Both the position numbers and the translations under genes were made by a program. The notes under the pieces were generated by a model that was not told the origin of the DNA, ran no database searches, and saw nothing but the letters and a program-made list of their open reading frames with translations. Below are positions 1 through 9,236 of a DNA stretch of 64,000 nucleotides, one piece after another (within the stretch, counting starts at the first letter, position 1; every line of letters begins with the position of its first letter). Source of the DNA: Arthrobacter sp. (GTDB lineage Bacteria > Actinomycetota > Actinomycetes > Actinomycetales > Micrococcaceae); the NCBI RefSeq assembly GCF_031988865.1, contig NZ_DALZXY010000002.1, forward strand, positions 23,950 to 87,949, in the 5' to 3' direction.

Positions 1-539
1 CCGGGTTTTCCTACGCCGCCCTTGGCCACCTCCACGGCCGGCAGGAGCTGGCGCCGAACGTTTGGTACAGCGGTTCCCCGCTGCCGTATTCCTTCTCCGA
101 AGCCCGCCAGTCCAAAGGTGGACTCCTGGTCGAGATCGGTTCCGCCGGCCTGACCGGCGTCACCCCGGTGCCGTGGGACGCACCTAAGCGGCTGGAGCTG
201 CTGCGGGGGACCCTGGAGGAGCTCCTGGCCGACCCTGCCCTGGCCGGCGCGGAAGACGCTTGGTGCCAGGTCACACTGACGGATGACGACCGCCCGGCGA
301 AGGCCATGGAACGGGTCCGGTCACGTTTCCCAGGGACGCTGGTGCTCGCTTTCGAACCGGCCTCGGGGAAACGCGGCGCGAACGAGAGCTACAGCCGCCG
401 CCTGGCCCGCGCCACTGACGACCTGGATATCTGCTGCGGGTTCCTGGACCATGTGCGGTCCCGCGAAGCTGCCCCTGAAGAGAAGGACCTCTTCGTGGAA
501 GTCCTGGAGAAGGTCAACGCCGCGGAGGTGTCCAAATGA
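1..539 (+). CDS. sbcD: Exonuclease SbcCD nuclease subunit SbcD, C-terminal part (5' end lies outside the window)
   Basis: Frame 3 is open from base 3 and reads GFSYAALGHLHGRQEL (calcineurin-type phosphoesterase GHxH motif). It continues into the listed 168..539 ORF. The stop overlaps the sbcC start (ATGA at 536-539). Confidence 0.85.
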   Translation, partial: GFSYAALGHLHGRQELAPNVWYSGSPLPYSFSEARQSKGGLLVEIGSAGLTGVTPVPWDAPKRLELLRGTLEELLADPALAGAEDAWCQVTLTDDDRPAKAMERVRSRFPGTLVLAFEPASGKRGANESYSRRLARATDDLDICCGFLDHVRSREAAPEEKDLFVEVLEKVNAAEVSK

Positions 540-3500
540 GGATCCACCGGCTGGAGATACAGGCCTTTGGGCCGTTCGCGGAACGTCAGGTAATCGACTT
601 CGACGAGCTGGGCGCCCAGGGGCTGTTCCTGCTCAACGGTCCCACGGGCGCAGGCAAGACCAGTGTCCTGGACGCGATCTGCTTTGCGCTGTACGGATCC
701 GTTCCGGGAGCCAGGCAGGAAGCCCGGAAGCTTCGCAGCGACCATGCGGCGCCCGGCACGGCGCCCGAGGTCGTTATGGACTTCAGCGCCGGCCCGCGCC
801 GCTTCGAAGTAGTGCGCAGCCCGCAGTGGGAGCGTCCGGCCAAACGCGCCGGAAGCGCCACCGGAACGGTCACCGAGCAGGCCCGGACACTGCTGCGCGA
901 ACTGGTCCACGGCGAGTGGGTGCAAAAAACCACCCGCAATGACGAGGCCGCAGCGGAGATTCAGGACCTGCTGGGCATGAGCCGGGAACAGTTCACCCGT
1001 GTGGTGATGCTGCCCCAGGGTGACTTCGCCGCATTCCTGCGCGCCGACGCCACGTCCCGTGCCGACCTGCTCCAGCGCCTGTTCGGCACCTGGCGATTCG
1101 AGGAGATCGAACGCCAGCTCAAGGAACAAGCCTCAGCCGCACAGGCGAAACTGGCCGAAGCGCAAGCCGGGGCCGATCTCATCCTGGCCCAGGTCCGCAG
1201 CGAAGTTAACCGTTGCCTGAGACTGCTGGGAGACGGGGGAGCCTCCCTGTCCGGCGGTGAGGGAGAGGACTCTGAGCCAGCTTCCGGACAGGATCTCCGA
1301 GTTGAGCCTGCCGGCGACGACTCTGCCTGGCTGGACGCCGTGCGCACCGATGTGGCCGCCCGGCTCGAGGGCTTCCGGGCCGGACAGGAACATCGCGGCA
1401 CCGAACTTTCCCGGGCGGAGGACACCCTGCACCGGCTCCAGGCACGCCGGGCCCGTGGCCTGGCACTACTGCAGCTGGAAGCAGACGAAAGAGCGCACAC
1501 CTCGCGCCAGGCGGCCAGCGTTCCGCTGCGCGAAGCGCTGGCCGCCCATGCCCGTGCCGAAGGGCTCTCCGGATATCTGGCAGCCTGCGATTCTGCCCGC
1601 CGCAGTTCGGACAAGGCAGCGGCCTACGCCGGCGCCGCCTTGGCCGAGCTTCGCCGGGCCGCGGCAGCAGAGGGGCTGGCGGAGCTGGTCCCTGCCGGGC
1701 CTGCGGAGACGGAGCCCGGTTCCTGGCCCGACCCACAGCAGCTGGAAGGACTGGACACGGCTACGGCGTCGGAACTGGGCGCAGCAGAAGCCGCCCTGGC
1801 CGACGCCGAACGGCTGGCCGGCATGGAGCGCCAGGTGGAAAAGGACCTGGCCTTCGAAACGGCGGCCCGGTCCGAGGCTGAACAGGCCCGCACCGCAGCC
1901 GCAGAGCTGCGCAGCGAACAATCCGGCCTGCGCACCGGCCTGCCGGGGCTCAGGTCCATTGCCGCCGGCACGGAAGCCGCACGAAACCGGATGGAACAGG
2001 CCGAGCGCCTGATAGAGGTCATCGCCGCGTACGGCAAGGCGCACGCAGCCGCTGCCGTGTCCGCGGAGGCAGCAGCAGCCGCCCGGCAGGACTACCAGGA
2101 CCGGCGCGGGCAATGGCAGGACCTGTTGCAGCTCCGCCTTGACCAGGCGGCCGCCGAGCTGGCTGCTTCCCTGGAGACAGGTGCTGCCTGCCCGGTCTGC
2201 GGCAGCTGCGAGCACCCCGACCCGGCCCCGCTTCCCACGAACGGGACGTTCGTCGCCCGCGAGGATGAATCGGCGGCACGGTCCCGCAGCGAGGCTGCGG
2301 AAAAGCAGTGGGAGGAGGCTCGGAGTGCGGCGGCTGCGGATGCCGCAACGGCCGCTGCGCTCCAGGTCCAGGGCGGCGACGCCGATCCCCGGGACGCGCT
2401 CCTGGCGCGTGACGCGGCAGCAGCCGAGCTCCGCCGGGCGGAAGAAGCCGCGGCGAAGCAGGCAGCAGACGAAGCGCGAGTGGACCTGCTGGAACAGGAA
2501 CTCGAGGGCCTCAACCGAGAAGAATCCCGGCTATTGCAGGAGGCTGCACATGCCCAGGCGCGGGCCGGGGCCGCCCAGGAGGAAATCGCGCAGCAGCGCA
2601 GCCGCAGCGCCGACCTGCGGAAGGGCGCCGCGACACTCCAGGAGCGTGTGGAGAACCTCCGGGCAGTCCGCAGGCTGGGAGGGGATGCCCGCTCGGCCCT
2701 GCAGGCGGTGGCACATGCGGGCGCCTCGCGGCTGAGCAGCACGCAGGCATTGGACGGAGCTCTCATTGGGACCGGGTTCGCTGATGCCGACGCCGCCCGG
2801 GCCGCCCTGCTCCCTGAAGCGGAAGCTGCGGAAATCCGCAGCACGGTCGAAGCGACTGACGCGGATGCCGCGCGCCTTGCCATGCGCCGCGAGGCAGAGG
2901 ACGCGGCCGCGGCCCTGGACAGCGACGGCGAGCGGGCTGCCATGCCGGACGAGGAAGACGTGGCCGAGGCCGCGGAAGCGGCAGATGCCGCACGGAAGGC
3001 GGTCTCCGACGGAGCTGTCCAGATTGGCCTGCTGGAGGGCTCCGCCGCCACTCTCGAGGAGCTGGCGGAGAAACTGGCCGCGGCCGGCGGACAGATACGT
3101 CCGCTGCGCAGCCGGTTCGAACTGCTCCAGTCCGTGACCGAGACAGCCCGCGGCAACGGCGAGAACAACTACCGGATGGCGCTGAGCACCTATGTGCTCG
3201 CCGCACGCCTGGAACAGATCGCAGCTGCGGCGACCGAACGTCTCGCAGCGATGACGGCTGGACGGTACTCGCTGGTGCACGACGACTCCCGCTCCGGCAA
3301 CCGGAAGGCAGGGCTTGGCCTCCATGTGATCGATGACTGGACCGGCGTCCGCAGGGATACCTCAACGCTTTCAGGTGGGGAGTCCTTTATGGCATCCCTG
3401 GCCCTGGCACTTGGACTGGCCGACGTGGTGCAGCAGGAATCCGGCGGGACAAGCATGGAAACCCTCTTTGTCGATGAGGGGTTTGGCAGCCTGGACGAAG

Positions 3501-3676
3501 AAGCGCTGGAACAGGTCATGGATGCACTCGAAGGCCTCCGCGACGGAGGCAGGGTGGTGGGCCTGGTCAGCCACGTGGGGGAGATGAAGCAGCGGATCGG
3601 TGCCCAGCTGCAGATTACCCGGGGACGGAACGGGTCCACCATCCGGTTCCGGTCCGCGGAAGCCCTGGCCTCCTGA
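536..3676 (+). CDS. sbcC: Exonuclease SbcCD ATPase subunit SbcC (Rad50/SMC-like)
   Basis: 1046 aa. It has an N-terminal Walker A (GPTGAGKTS), a long Ala/Glu/Arg-rich coiled-coil region with a central CPVC zinc-hook motif, and a C-terminal LSGGESF signature plus LFVDEGFGSLD Walker B. It is translationally coupled to sbcD. Confidence 0.92.
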   Translation: MRIHRLEIQAFGPFAERQVIDFDELGAQGLFLLNGPTGAGKTSVLDAICFALYGSVPGARQEARKLRSDHAAPGTAPEVVMDFSAGPRRFEVVRSPQWERPAKRAGSATGTVTEQARTLLRELVHGEWVQKTTRNDEAAAEIQDLLGMSREQFTRVVMLPQGDFAAFLRADATSRADLLQRLFGTWRFEEIERQLKEQASAAQAKLAEAQAGADLILAQVRSEVNRCLRLLGDGGASLSGGEGEDSEPASGQDLRVEPAGDDSAWLDAVRTDVAARLEGFRAGQEHRGTELSRAEDTLHRLQARRARGLALLQLEADERAHTSRQAASVPLREALAAHARAEGLSGYLAACDSARRSSDKAAAYAGAALAELRRAAAAEGLAELVPAGPAETEPGSWPDPQQLEGLDTATASELGAAEAALADAERLAGMERQVEKDLAFETAARSEAEQARTAAAELRSEQSGLRTGLPGLRSIAAGTEAARNRMEQAERLIEVIAAYGKAHAAAAVSAEAAAAARQDYQDRRGQWQDLLQLRLDQAAAELAASLETGAACPVCGSCEHPDPAPLPTNGTFVAREDESAARSRSEAAEKQWEEARSAAAADAATAAALQVQGGDADPRDALLARDAAAAELRRAEEAAAKQAADEARVDLLEQELEGLNREESRLLQEAAHAQARAGAAQEEIAQQRSRSADLRKGAATLQERVENLRAVRRLGGDARSALQAVAHAGASRLSSTQALDGALIGTGFADADAARAALLPEAEAAEIRSTVEATDADAARLAMRREAEDAAAALDSDGERAAMPDEEDVAEAAEAADAARKAVSDGAVQIGLLEGSAATLEELAEKLAAAGGQIRPLRSRFELLQSVTETARGNGENNYRMALSTYVLAARLEQIAAAATERLAAMTAGRYSLVHDDSRSGNRKAGLGLHVIDDWTGVRRDTSTLSGGESFMASLALALGLADVVQQESGGTSMETLFVDEGFGSLDEEALEQVMDALEGLRDGGRVVGLVSHVGEMKQRIGAQLQITRGRNGSTIRFRSAEALAS

Positions 3677-3789
3677 CCGGGGTGCGCGGCAGCGCTGCAG
3701 CACGGGGACAAGTAGTAGAATTGACGTGCAACCGGGTCGGGCGCATCGGGAGGGGGGACGGTGCGCAGTTTTGCGTGAACTGAGCGAAA

Positions 3790-5166
3790 ATGAACCCTGA
3801 TCCAATGACGCCCGAATATCCCTCATCGGAGCCTGCCGGCTCCGGTTCTGCCGGTGCCGGTGCCGGTTCCAGCGCTGCGGGCTCCGGGGCGGCTCCCGCA
3901 CCGCAGGCCAGCGGCCGGTATGCGCGGATCTTCGAACTCGCCGGCAAAGCCTTCTTCCCGATCGCCTTCCTCGCCAGGCTCCCGCTGGCGATGCTGACCA
4001 TCGGAGCATTGACCCTTGTCACCAGCACCACCGGCTCCTACGCCCAGGGCGGGTTCGCCGCCGGGGCAGTGGGTGTCGGTGCCGCGCTGGGGGGTCCGCT
4101 GCTCGGCTACCTGGCGGACCGCATTGGCCAGCGTCCCCTGTTGCTGGGCACCGCCGTCGTAAATCCGCTGATGATTCTGGCCGTGCTGTTCACGGCGGCG
4201 CAGCTGCCCGGGGGCGGCCCGCTGGCCGCAGTCCTGGCCGCTGCCTTCGCCATGGGAGCCACCGGCGCCCAGGTGGGCCCGCTCGCCCGCGTGCGCTGGA
4301 TGTCCATGACGGCACCGGACCGCAGCGGCAGGGAACTGGGCACGGCTTTGTCATACGAGAGCATGGCCGACGAACTTAGCTTTGTCCTGGGCCCCGCACT
4401 TGTGGGCCTGCTGGCCGCGGCGGTAGCCCCGTGGCTACCCCTGGTACTGGCGGCGGTGATTTCCGGAACCATGGTCACCGCATTTGCCCTGCACCGCTCC
4501 GTCGAAGCTGTTGTCCCGGCGGGACGCCGGCCTTCGGCCAGAAAGAGAGCAGCCCACCCTTCGGCGGACACTGGCAGCTCAGCAGCCAGCGTGTGGCGGA
4601 CCTGGGCCCTCCTGGCTCTGCCGGTCCTTGGCATGGTGGCCATGGGAACGTTCTTTGGCGCCACGCAGGCCAGCCTCACTGCCTTCGGCGGCACCTTCGG
4701 CATCGCCGACGCGGCTGGGCTGCTGTACTCAGTGATGGGCATCAGCTCGGCTGCGGCCGCCCTCTCGGTCGCGTTCTGGCCCGAGCGGCTTAGCCAGTCC
4801 GCCCGCTGGATACTCTCTGCCCTGGCCATGACCTGTGCCGCGCTGATGCTGCTTCTGCCCACCGGAATTCCGCAGATGCTCCTGGTGCTCTTTGTCCTGG
4901 GTATCCCGGTGGGGCCAACAATGGTCAGCATCTTTGGCATCGGCGCCCAACTGGCACCGCCAAACCTGATGGGTACCGTGATGACCCTCCTCGCCAGCGG
5001 CACGGTTGCCGGAACTGCCATTGGCTCAGGCCTGGCCGGTCCGCTCGCGGAGGAATTCGGCCATACCGCCGCGTTCTGGGTCAGTGCCTCCGCTGCGGGG
5101 GCACTCCTGGTCCTGGGGCTGGCGTCCGCCGTCGCCGTACGCCGGACAAAGGGCCAATCAGCCTAA
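3790..5166 (+). CDS. MFS transporter
   Basis: 458 aa and very hydrophobic, with multiple Gly/Ala/Leu-rich helices. It has an MFS-type loop (GYLADRIGQRP) after the second helix and a low-complexity Gly/Ser/Ala N-terminus. Confidence 0.8.
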   Translation: MNPDPMTPEYPSSEPAGSGSAGAGAGSSAAGSGAAPAPQASGRYARIFELAGKAFFPIAFLARLPLAMLTIGALTLVTSTTGSYAQGGFAAGAVGVGAALGGPLLGYLADRIGQRPLLLGTAVVNPLMILAVLFTAAQLPGGGPLAAVLAAAFAMGATGAQVGPLARVRWMSMTAPDRSGRELGTALSYESMADELSFVLGPALVGLLAAAVAPWLPLVLAAVISGTMVTAFALHRSVEAVVPAGRRPSARKRAAHPSADTGSSAASVWRTWALLALPVLGMVAMGTFFGATQASLTAFGGTFGIADAAGLLYSVMGISSAAAALSVAFWPERLSQSARWILSALAMTCAALMLLLPTGIPQMLLVLFVLGIPVGPTMVSIFGIGAQLAPPNLMGTVMTLLASGTVAGTAIGSGLAGPLAEEFGHTAAFWVSASAAGALLVLGLASAVAVRRTKGQSA

Positions 5167-5256
5167 CCGACCCAGCAGGCATCCCTGCCATTCTTTGCAG
5201 GTGGTGCGGCTACATTACGGGCCGATATCGAATGTGGCTCTAATCACCTTTTTTCC

Positions 5257-5285
5257 TTGACGGAGAGTGACGTATTTCATAGCGT
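5257..5285 (+). promoter_or_regulatory. Candidate housekeeping-sigma promoter for the downstream ABC importer operon
   Basis: TTGACG (5257-5262), a 17-nt spacer, then TAGCGT (5280-5285), in an AT-richer stretch about 115 nt upstream of the GTG start at 5401. Sequence pattern only. Confidence 0.3.
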
Positions 5286-5400
5286 CTACCTGTAGAACTC
5301 TTGTTCAGTATGCGAACAGCGCAAAAATCTCGCCGTCTGCAGGACGTTCTCGCCCCCGTTCCGTCCACACGGGGATCCCCACGCACAAGGAGCGCTTTTC

Positions 5401-6387
5401 GTGAAACGTACTGTCCCCGTCATCCTGGCTGCCACGGCAGCTCTGGCCCTCAGCGCCTGCGGTGGAGGCTCTCTGTCCGGTGATGACAGCACTGCCGCTG
5501 CTGAAGGCTCGTCGGAACTGACCACGGTATCCGCCGGAGTCATGACGATTGTCGACACCGCACCCATCTGGCTCGGCAAGGAACAAGGCTTCTTCGAGGA
5601 TGAAGGCATCGACCTCGATATCCAGACCACCACCGGTGGCGCAGCCGCCGTGCCCGGCATTGTCAGCGGCGACTTCCAGTTCGCCTTTGGCAACGTTGTC
5701 TCCGTGATGGTCGCCAATGACAAGGGCCTGAACCTGGAGTTCGTCTCCAACGGCAACTCGACCACTGGTGACACCACTTCGGACTTCGGCGCCGTCGTTG
5801 TTCCCGGCGATTCCGACATCCAGAGCGCCGCGGACCTCTCCGGCAAGACCGTCTCGGTCAACAACCTGTCCAACATCGGCGATACGACTATCCGCAAGGC
5901 CGTCGAGAACGCCGGAGGGGACCAGGAGAGCATCAAGTTCGTCGAGATTCCATTCCCTGACGCCCCCGCCGCGATCGAGTCGGGCCAGGTGGACGCAGCC
6001 TGGATCCTGGATCCGTTCCTGACACAGTCTGTGGACAACGGGGCCCGTGTCATCGCCTACAACTTCGCCGAAACCCACGAGAACCTGGACATCTCCGGCT
6101 ACTTCACCTCTTCCGAGTACGCCAAAGCGAATCCGGAAATCGTCGAGAAATTCACTGCGGCGATGAAGAAGTCGCTGGTCTACGCGCAGGAGAACCCGGA
6201 TGCTGTCCGTGACATCGTCGGCACCTACACCAAGATCGACGAAGAAATGCGCGCCAAGATGATCCTGCCCGCCTTCCACGCCGACTTCGACCGTGACGGC
6301 CTGACCGTTCTGGGTGAGGCCGCAGCCAGCTACGGAACGCTCTCAAAGGCTCCGGATCTGGACGCTATGCTGCCCGCACAGGACTAA
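5401..6387 (+). CDS. ABC transporter substrate-binding lipoprotein, NMT1/THI5 (SsuA/TauA-like) family
   Basis: GTG start preceded by AAGGAG. Lipoprotein signal ends in LALSACGG. The sequence resembles NMT1-type binding proteins, and two permeases and an ATPase follow. Confidence 0.8.
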   Translation: MKRTVPVILAATAALALSACGGGSLSGDDSTAAAEGSSELTTVSAGVMTIVDTAPIWLGKEQGFFEDEGIDLDIQTTTGGAAAVPGIVSGDFQFAFGNVVSVMVANDKGLNLEFVSNGNSTTGDTTSDFGAVVVPGDSDIQSAADLSGKTVSVNNLSNIGDTTIRKAVENAGGDQESIKFVEIPFPDAPAAIESGQVDAAWILDPFLTQSVDNGARVIAYNFAETHENLDISGYFTSSEYAKANPEIVEKFTAAMKKSLVYAQENPDAVRDIVGTYTKIDEEMRAKMILPAFHADFDRDGLTVLGEAAASYGTLSKAPDLDAMLPAQD

Positions 6388-6424
6388 CACCGGACACCCT
6401 TCCGGTTTCACAGAACGAGACCAT

Positions 6425-7213
6425 ATGAATACCTCCAAACGCCTCCCCACGGGGCCGTTGCTGGGTTTGGCGGGAATCCTCGGCTTCCTGCTGACCTGGG
6501 AACTCATCCCCCGGCTGGGCGTGGTCAACCCCCGCTTCCTACCTCCAGCGAGTGAGGTGCTGGGCGTCTTCGCCAGCAACCTCGGACTGGGCGCCTTCTG
6601 GACCGCCGTCCTCGACACGATGACGGGCTGGTTCCTGGGCCTGCTCATCGCCACGGTCGCAGCCATCGTGCTGGGGCTGGTGATCGGTTCGAGCGACTTC
6701 CTGCGGAAGGCGACGAACTCCACCATCGAGTTCCTACGGCCGATTCCCTCGGTTGCACTGATTCCGCTGGCCGTGCTCCTCTTCGGCCTCAAGCTCGAAT
6801 CGACCCTCCTGCTGGTCATCTACGCGTCCTTCTGGCAGGTCCTGATCCAGGTCCTGTACGGGGTGGCCGACGTCGATCCCGTCGCCAGCAACACGGCCAA
6901 GAGCTTCGGCCTCGGCCCGCTGGCACGCATCCGGTACGTCGTGTGGCCCACTACGCTTCCGTACCTGATGACAGGCATCCGCCTGGCTGCGGCAGTGGCC
7001 CTGATCCTCGCCATCACAGCCAGCCTGATCATTGGTTCGCCCGGCCTGGGTAAGGAAATTGCCAACGCCCAGTCCGGCGGTGCAATTGCACAGATGTACG
7101 CACTCGTCCTGACCACCGGTGTCCTTGGCATTCTCATCAACATGGGCATGCGCTTCGTCGAACGCCGGACCCTGTCCTGGCACAGCTCGGTCCGCGGGGA
7201 GGTCGTGGTATGA
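6425..7213 (+). CDS. ABC transporter permease (BPD_transp_1 type)
   Basis: I used the internal ATG (MNTSKRLPTGPLLGLAG...) of the listed 6314..7213 ORF, because the listed start would overlap the binding-protein gene by 74 nt. The protein has six hydrophobic segments, and its stop overlaps the next ATG (ATGA at 7210-7213). Confidence 0.85.
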   Translation: MNTSKRLPTGPLLGLAGILGFLLTWELIPRLGVVNPRFLPPASEVLGVFASNLGLGAFWTAVLDTMTGWFLGLLIATVAAIVLGLVIGSSDFLRKATNSTIEFLRPIPSVALIPLAVLLFGLKLESTLLLVIYASFWQVLIQVLYGVADVDPVASNTAKSFGLGPLARIRYVVWPTTLPYLMTGIRLAAAVALILAITASLIIGSPGLGKEIANAQSGGAIAQMYALVLTTGVLGILINMGMRFVERRTLSWHSSVRGEVVV

Positions 7214-7983
7214 ATACGCTCAAGAAAGCCGGCTACCTAGTCGCACTGCCCGTTCTGCTGATCTTCATCTGGTGGATCGGCACCCAGGGAAGCACCAACT
7301 TCTTCGTCCCCAAGCCCGGCATGCTGGTGGACAAACTGGTGACCGTCTGGACAGGGGAGCGCCTGGTCGGGGATGTGCTGCCAAGCCTTACCCGGCTCGT
7401 GATCGGCATCCTGCTGGCAATCGTCCTGGGCACTGTCCTGGGCATCCTGGTCGGCACCACCCGCTGGCTGCGCAGCCTGCTGGAACCGGTCCTGGAGTTC
7501 TTCCGGGCCATTCCGCCGCCGGTGCTGATTCCGGTCCTGATGCTGCTGATCGGCGTTAACGACCAGATGAAGATTGCGGTCATCGTTTCAGGCTGCATCT
7601 GGCCGGTACTGCTGAACACCATCGAGGGCGTCCGCGCCGTCGACGGCGTCCTCAGCGATACCGCCCGGACCTTCCGGATCAGCGGGTTCGCCCGGATGCG
7701 CTTCCTGGTGCTCCCCAGCGCCAGCCCGCAGATCATGGCCGGGATCAGGCAGTGCCTGTCCATCGGACTGATCCTCATGGTGATTTCGGAGATGTTTGCA
7801 TCCTCGGAGGGCCTCGGCTTTACGATCGTCCAGTTCCAGCGCTCCTTCGCCATTCCAGAGATGTGGAGCGGCATCGTGGTCCTCGGCCTGATCGGTGTGG
7901 CCATGTCATTTATGTTCCAGTGGGCCGAACGCCGCATTCTCGGCTGGTACCACGGTTTGAGAGAGGTAGAACATGCAGAGTAA
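7210..7983 (+). CDS. ABC transporter permease (BPD_transp_1 type)
   Basis: 257 aa hydrophobic paralog of the preceding permease. It is coupled to both neighbours by overlaps. Confidence 0.88.
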   Translation: MNTLKKAGYLVALPVLLIFIWWIGTQGSTNFFVPKPGMLVDKLVTVWTGERLVGDVLPSLTRLVIGILLAIVLGTVLGILVGTTRWLRSLLEPVLEFFRAIPPPVLIPVLMLLIGVNDQMKIAVIVSGCIWPVLLNTIEGVRAVDGVLSDTARTFRISGFARMRFLVLPSASPQIMAGIRQCLSIGLILMVISEMFASSEGLGFTIVQFQRSFAIPEMWSGIVVLGLIGVAMSFMFQWAERRILGWYHGLREVEHAE

Positions 7984-8881
7984 CCCCACGGACGGCCAGG
8001 ACCAGCCGCTGCTTTCGGTCCGGGGCATCCAGAAGATCTACAAGGTCGACGCTGGAGAAATCGAAGCAGTCCGCAACCTGACCTTCGACCTGCGGCCTGG
8101 GGAACTGGTCTGCCTCGTAGGCCCCTCCGGCAGTGGCAAAACGACGCTGCTGAAGATCATCGCCGGCCTGATGGCACCGACGTCGGGCGAAGTCGTCCTG
8201 GCGGGTAAAAAGGTCACCGAGCCGCCCAAGGACATGGCGGTGGTTTTCCAGGAGTACGGGCGAAGCCTCTTCCCCTGGATGACCGTGCGGGGCAACGTCG
8301 AACTCCCGTTGAAGAACGCCGGAATCGCCAAGGCCGAGCGGAACAAGCTGGTGGACGACGCGCTGGAGGCGGTTGGCCTGGCCCACGTGCCCACCAGCTA
8401 CCCGTGGCAGCTCTCCGGCGGTATGCAGCAGCGTGTGGCTATCGCCCGGGCTGTCGCGTACCAGCCCAAGGTGCTGCTGATGGACGAGCCGTTCGCCGCC
8501 GTCGACGCCCAGACCCGGGCGGACCTGGAGGATCTGGTCCGTGATGTCTGGGAGAAGCTGGGTGTGACGATCCTGTTCGTTACGCACGATATTGACGAGT
8601 CCGTCTATCTGGGGGAGCGGGTGGTGGTGCTTTCCAGCTCGCCGACCGTGGTCCAGGAGGACATCGTCATTGATCTGCCCGAGAAGCGGGACCAGCTCAC
8701 CACACGTTCGCTGCCGCGCTTCGTGGAACTGCGCAACCACGTATATGAGCAGATCCAGATCGCGAAAAAGAACAAGGGCACGGCCAATACCGTTCCGGCT
8801 GATCCGCGGACATCGGTTCCCCACGCCGTCGCAGCGGGTGACGGGGGCATGCCGCCGATCGGTGGAATGAACGCTTCCTAA
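7973..8881 (+). CDS. ABC transporter ATP-binding protein
   Basis: Walker A GPSGSGKTT, signature LSGGMQQR, Walker B LLMDEPF. It overlaps the permease gene by 11 nt. Confidence 0.92.
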   Translation: MQSNPTDGQDQPLLSVRGIQKIYKVDAGEIEAVRNLTFDLRPGELVCLVGPSGSGKTTLLKIIAGLMAPTSGEVVLAGKKVTEPPKDMAVVFQEYGRSLFPWMTVRGNVELPLKNAGIAKAERNKLVDDALEAVGLAHVPTSYPWQLSGGMQQRVAIARAVAYQPKVLLMDEPFAAVDAQTRADLEDLVRDVWEKLGVTILFVTHDIDESVYLGERVVVLSSSPTVVQEDIVIDLPEKRDQLTTRSLPRFVELRNHVYEQIQIAKKNKGTANTVPADPRTSVPHAVAAGDGGMPPIGGMNAS

Positions 8882-8911
8882 CCACCCGGAAAGACGGTTC
8901 GGAGCAGCTCA

Positions 8912-8952
8912 GGGATCCGGCTTCCCCGCCTCGGCGGAGGAGGCCGGGTCCC
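8912..8952 (+). terminator. GC-rich hairpin after the ABC operon
   Basis: GGGATCCGGCTTCCCCGCC pairs with GGCGGAGGAGGCCGGGTCCC (some G-U pairs) 30 nt after the stop. There is no clear U tract. Confidence 0.45.
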
Positions 8953-9050
8953 TGTCGAGTGAGGGCATGGTGGCCTAGTATCGGAAGTCAGCGGCCACGG
9001 CAGGCAGCGCGGCCGGACACCCCAAGCGGCACCCGCCAAAGGAGAGCGTC

Positions 9051-9230
9051 ATGGCTGATTCAGGCAAGAAGAACCCGAAAGAGCAGAACCAGGAAGAAAA
9101 CCCGGACGGAACCGGGCCTGAGGGGACCATTCCCAAGACAGCCGACGGCGTGGCAGCGGCCAGCGCCGACGAAGCCTCAAATTTTGAACCCGAGGAAGAT
9201 ACGGACGCCGCCGGGGACAGTGGCTCCTGA
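9051..9230 (+). CDS. Candidate small acidic, low-complexity protein (59 aa; below the ORF-track cutoff)
   Basis: The ATG is preceded by AAAGGAGAG with 4-nt spacing. It translates to MADSGKKNPKEQNQEENPDGTGPEGTIPKTADGVAAASADEASNFEPEEDTDAAGDSGS. The listed overlapping 93-aa ORF (8959..9240) is an Arg-rich alternative frame. No recognisable domain. Confidence 0.4.
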   Translation: MADSGKKNPKEQNQEENPDGTGPEGTIPKTADGVAAASADEASNFEPEEDTDAAGDSGS

Positions 9231-9236
9231 GTGTGC

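Noticed and set aside
2092-3168. 358-aa Ala/Ser/Arg-rich minus-strand ORF inside sbcC, along with the many other ORFs listed between 283 and 4031.
   Set aside because: They are shadows of the GC-rich, Ala/Glu-codon-rich coiled-coil region of sbcC. The SbcC frame is continuous and carries the N- and C-terminal ATPase motifs and the zinc hook.
5286-5400. Possible TPP riboswitch upstream of the NMT1/THI5-type binding-protein operon.
   Set aside because: I could not find the conserved CUGAGA and ACCUGAUCUGGAUAAUGCCAGCG-like elements, or any comparable helices. Only two short near-palindromes (TCTAC-ct-GTAGA and CGTCTGCAGGACG) are present.
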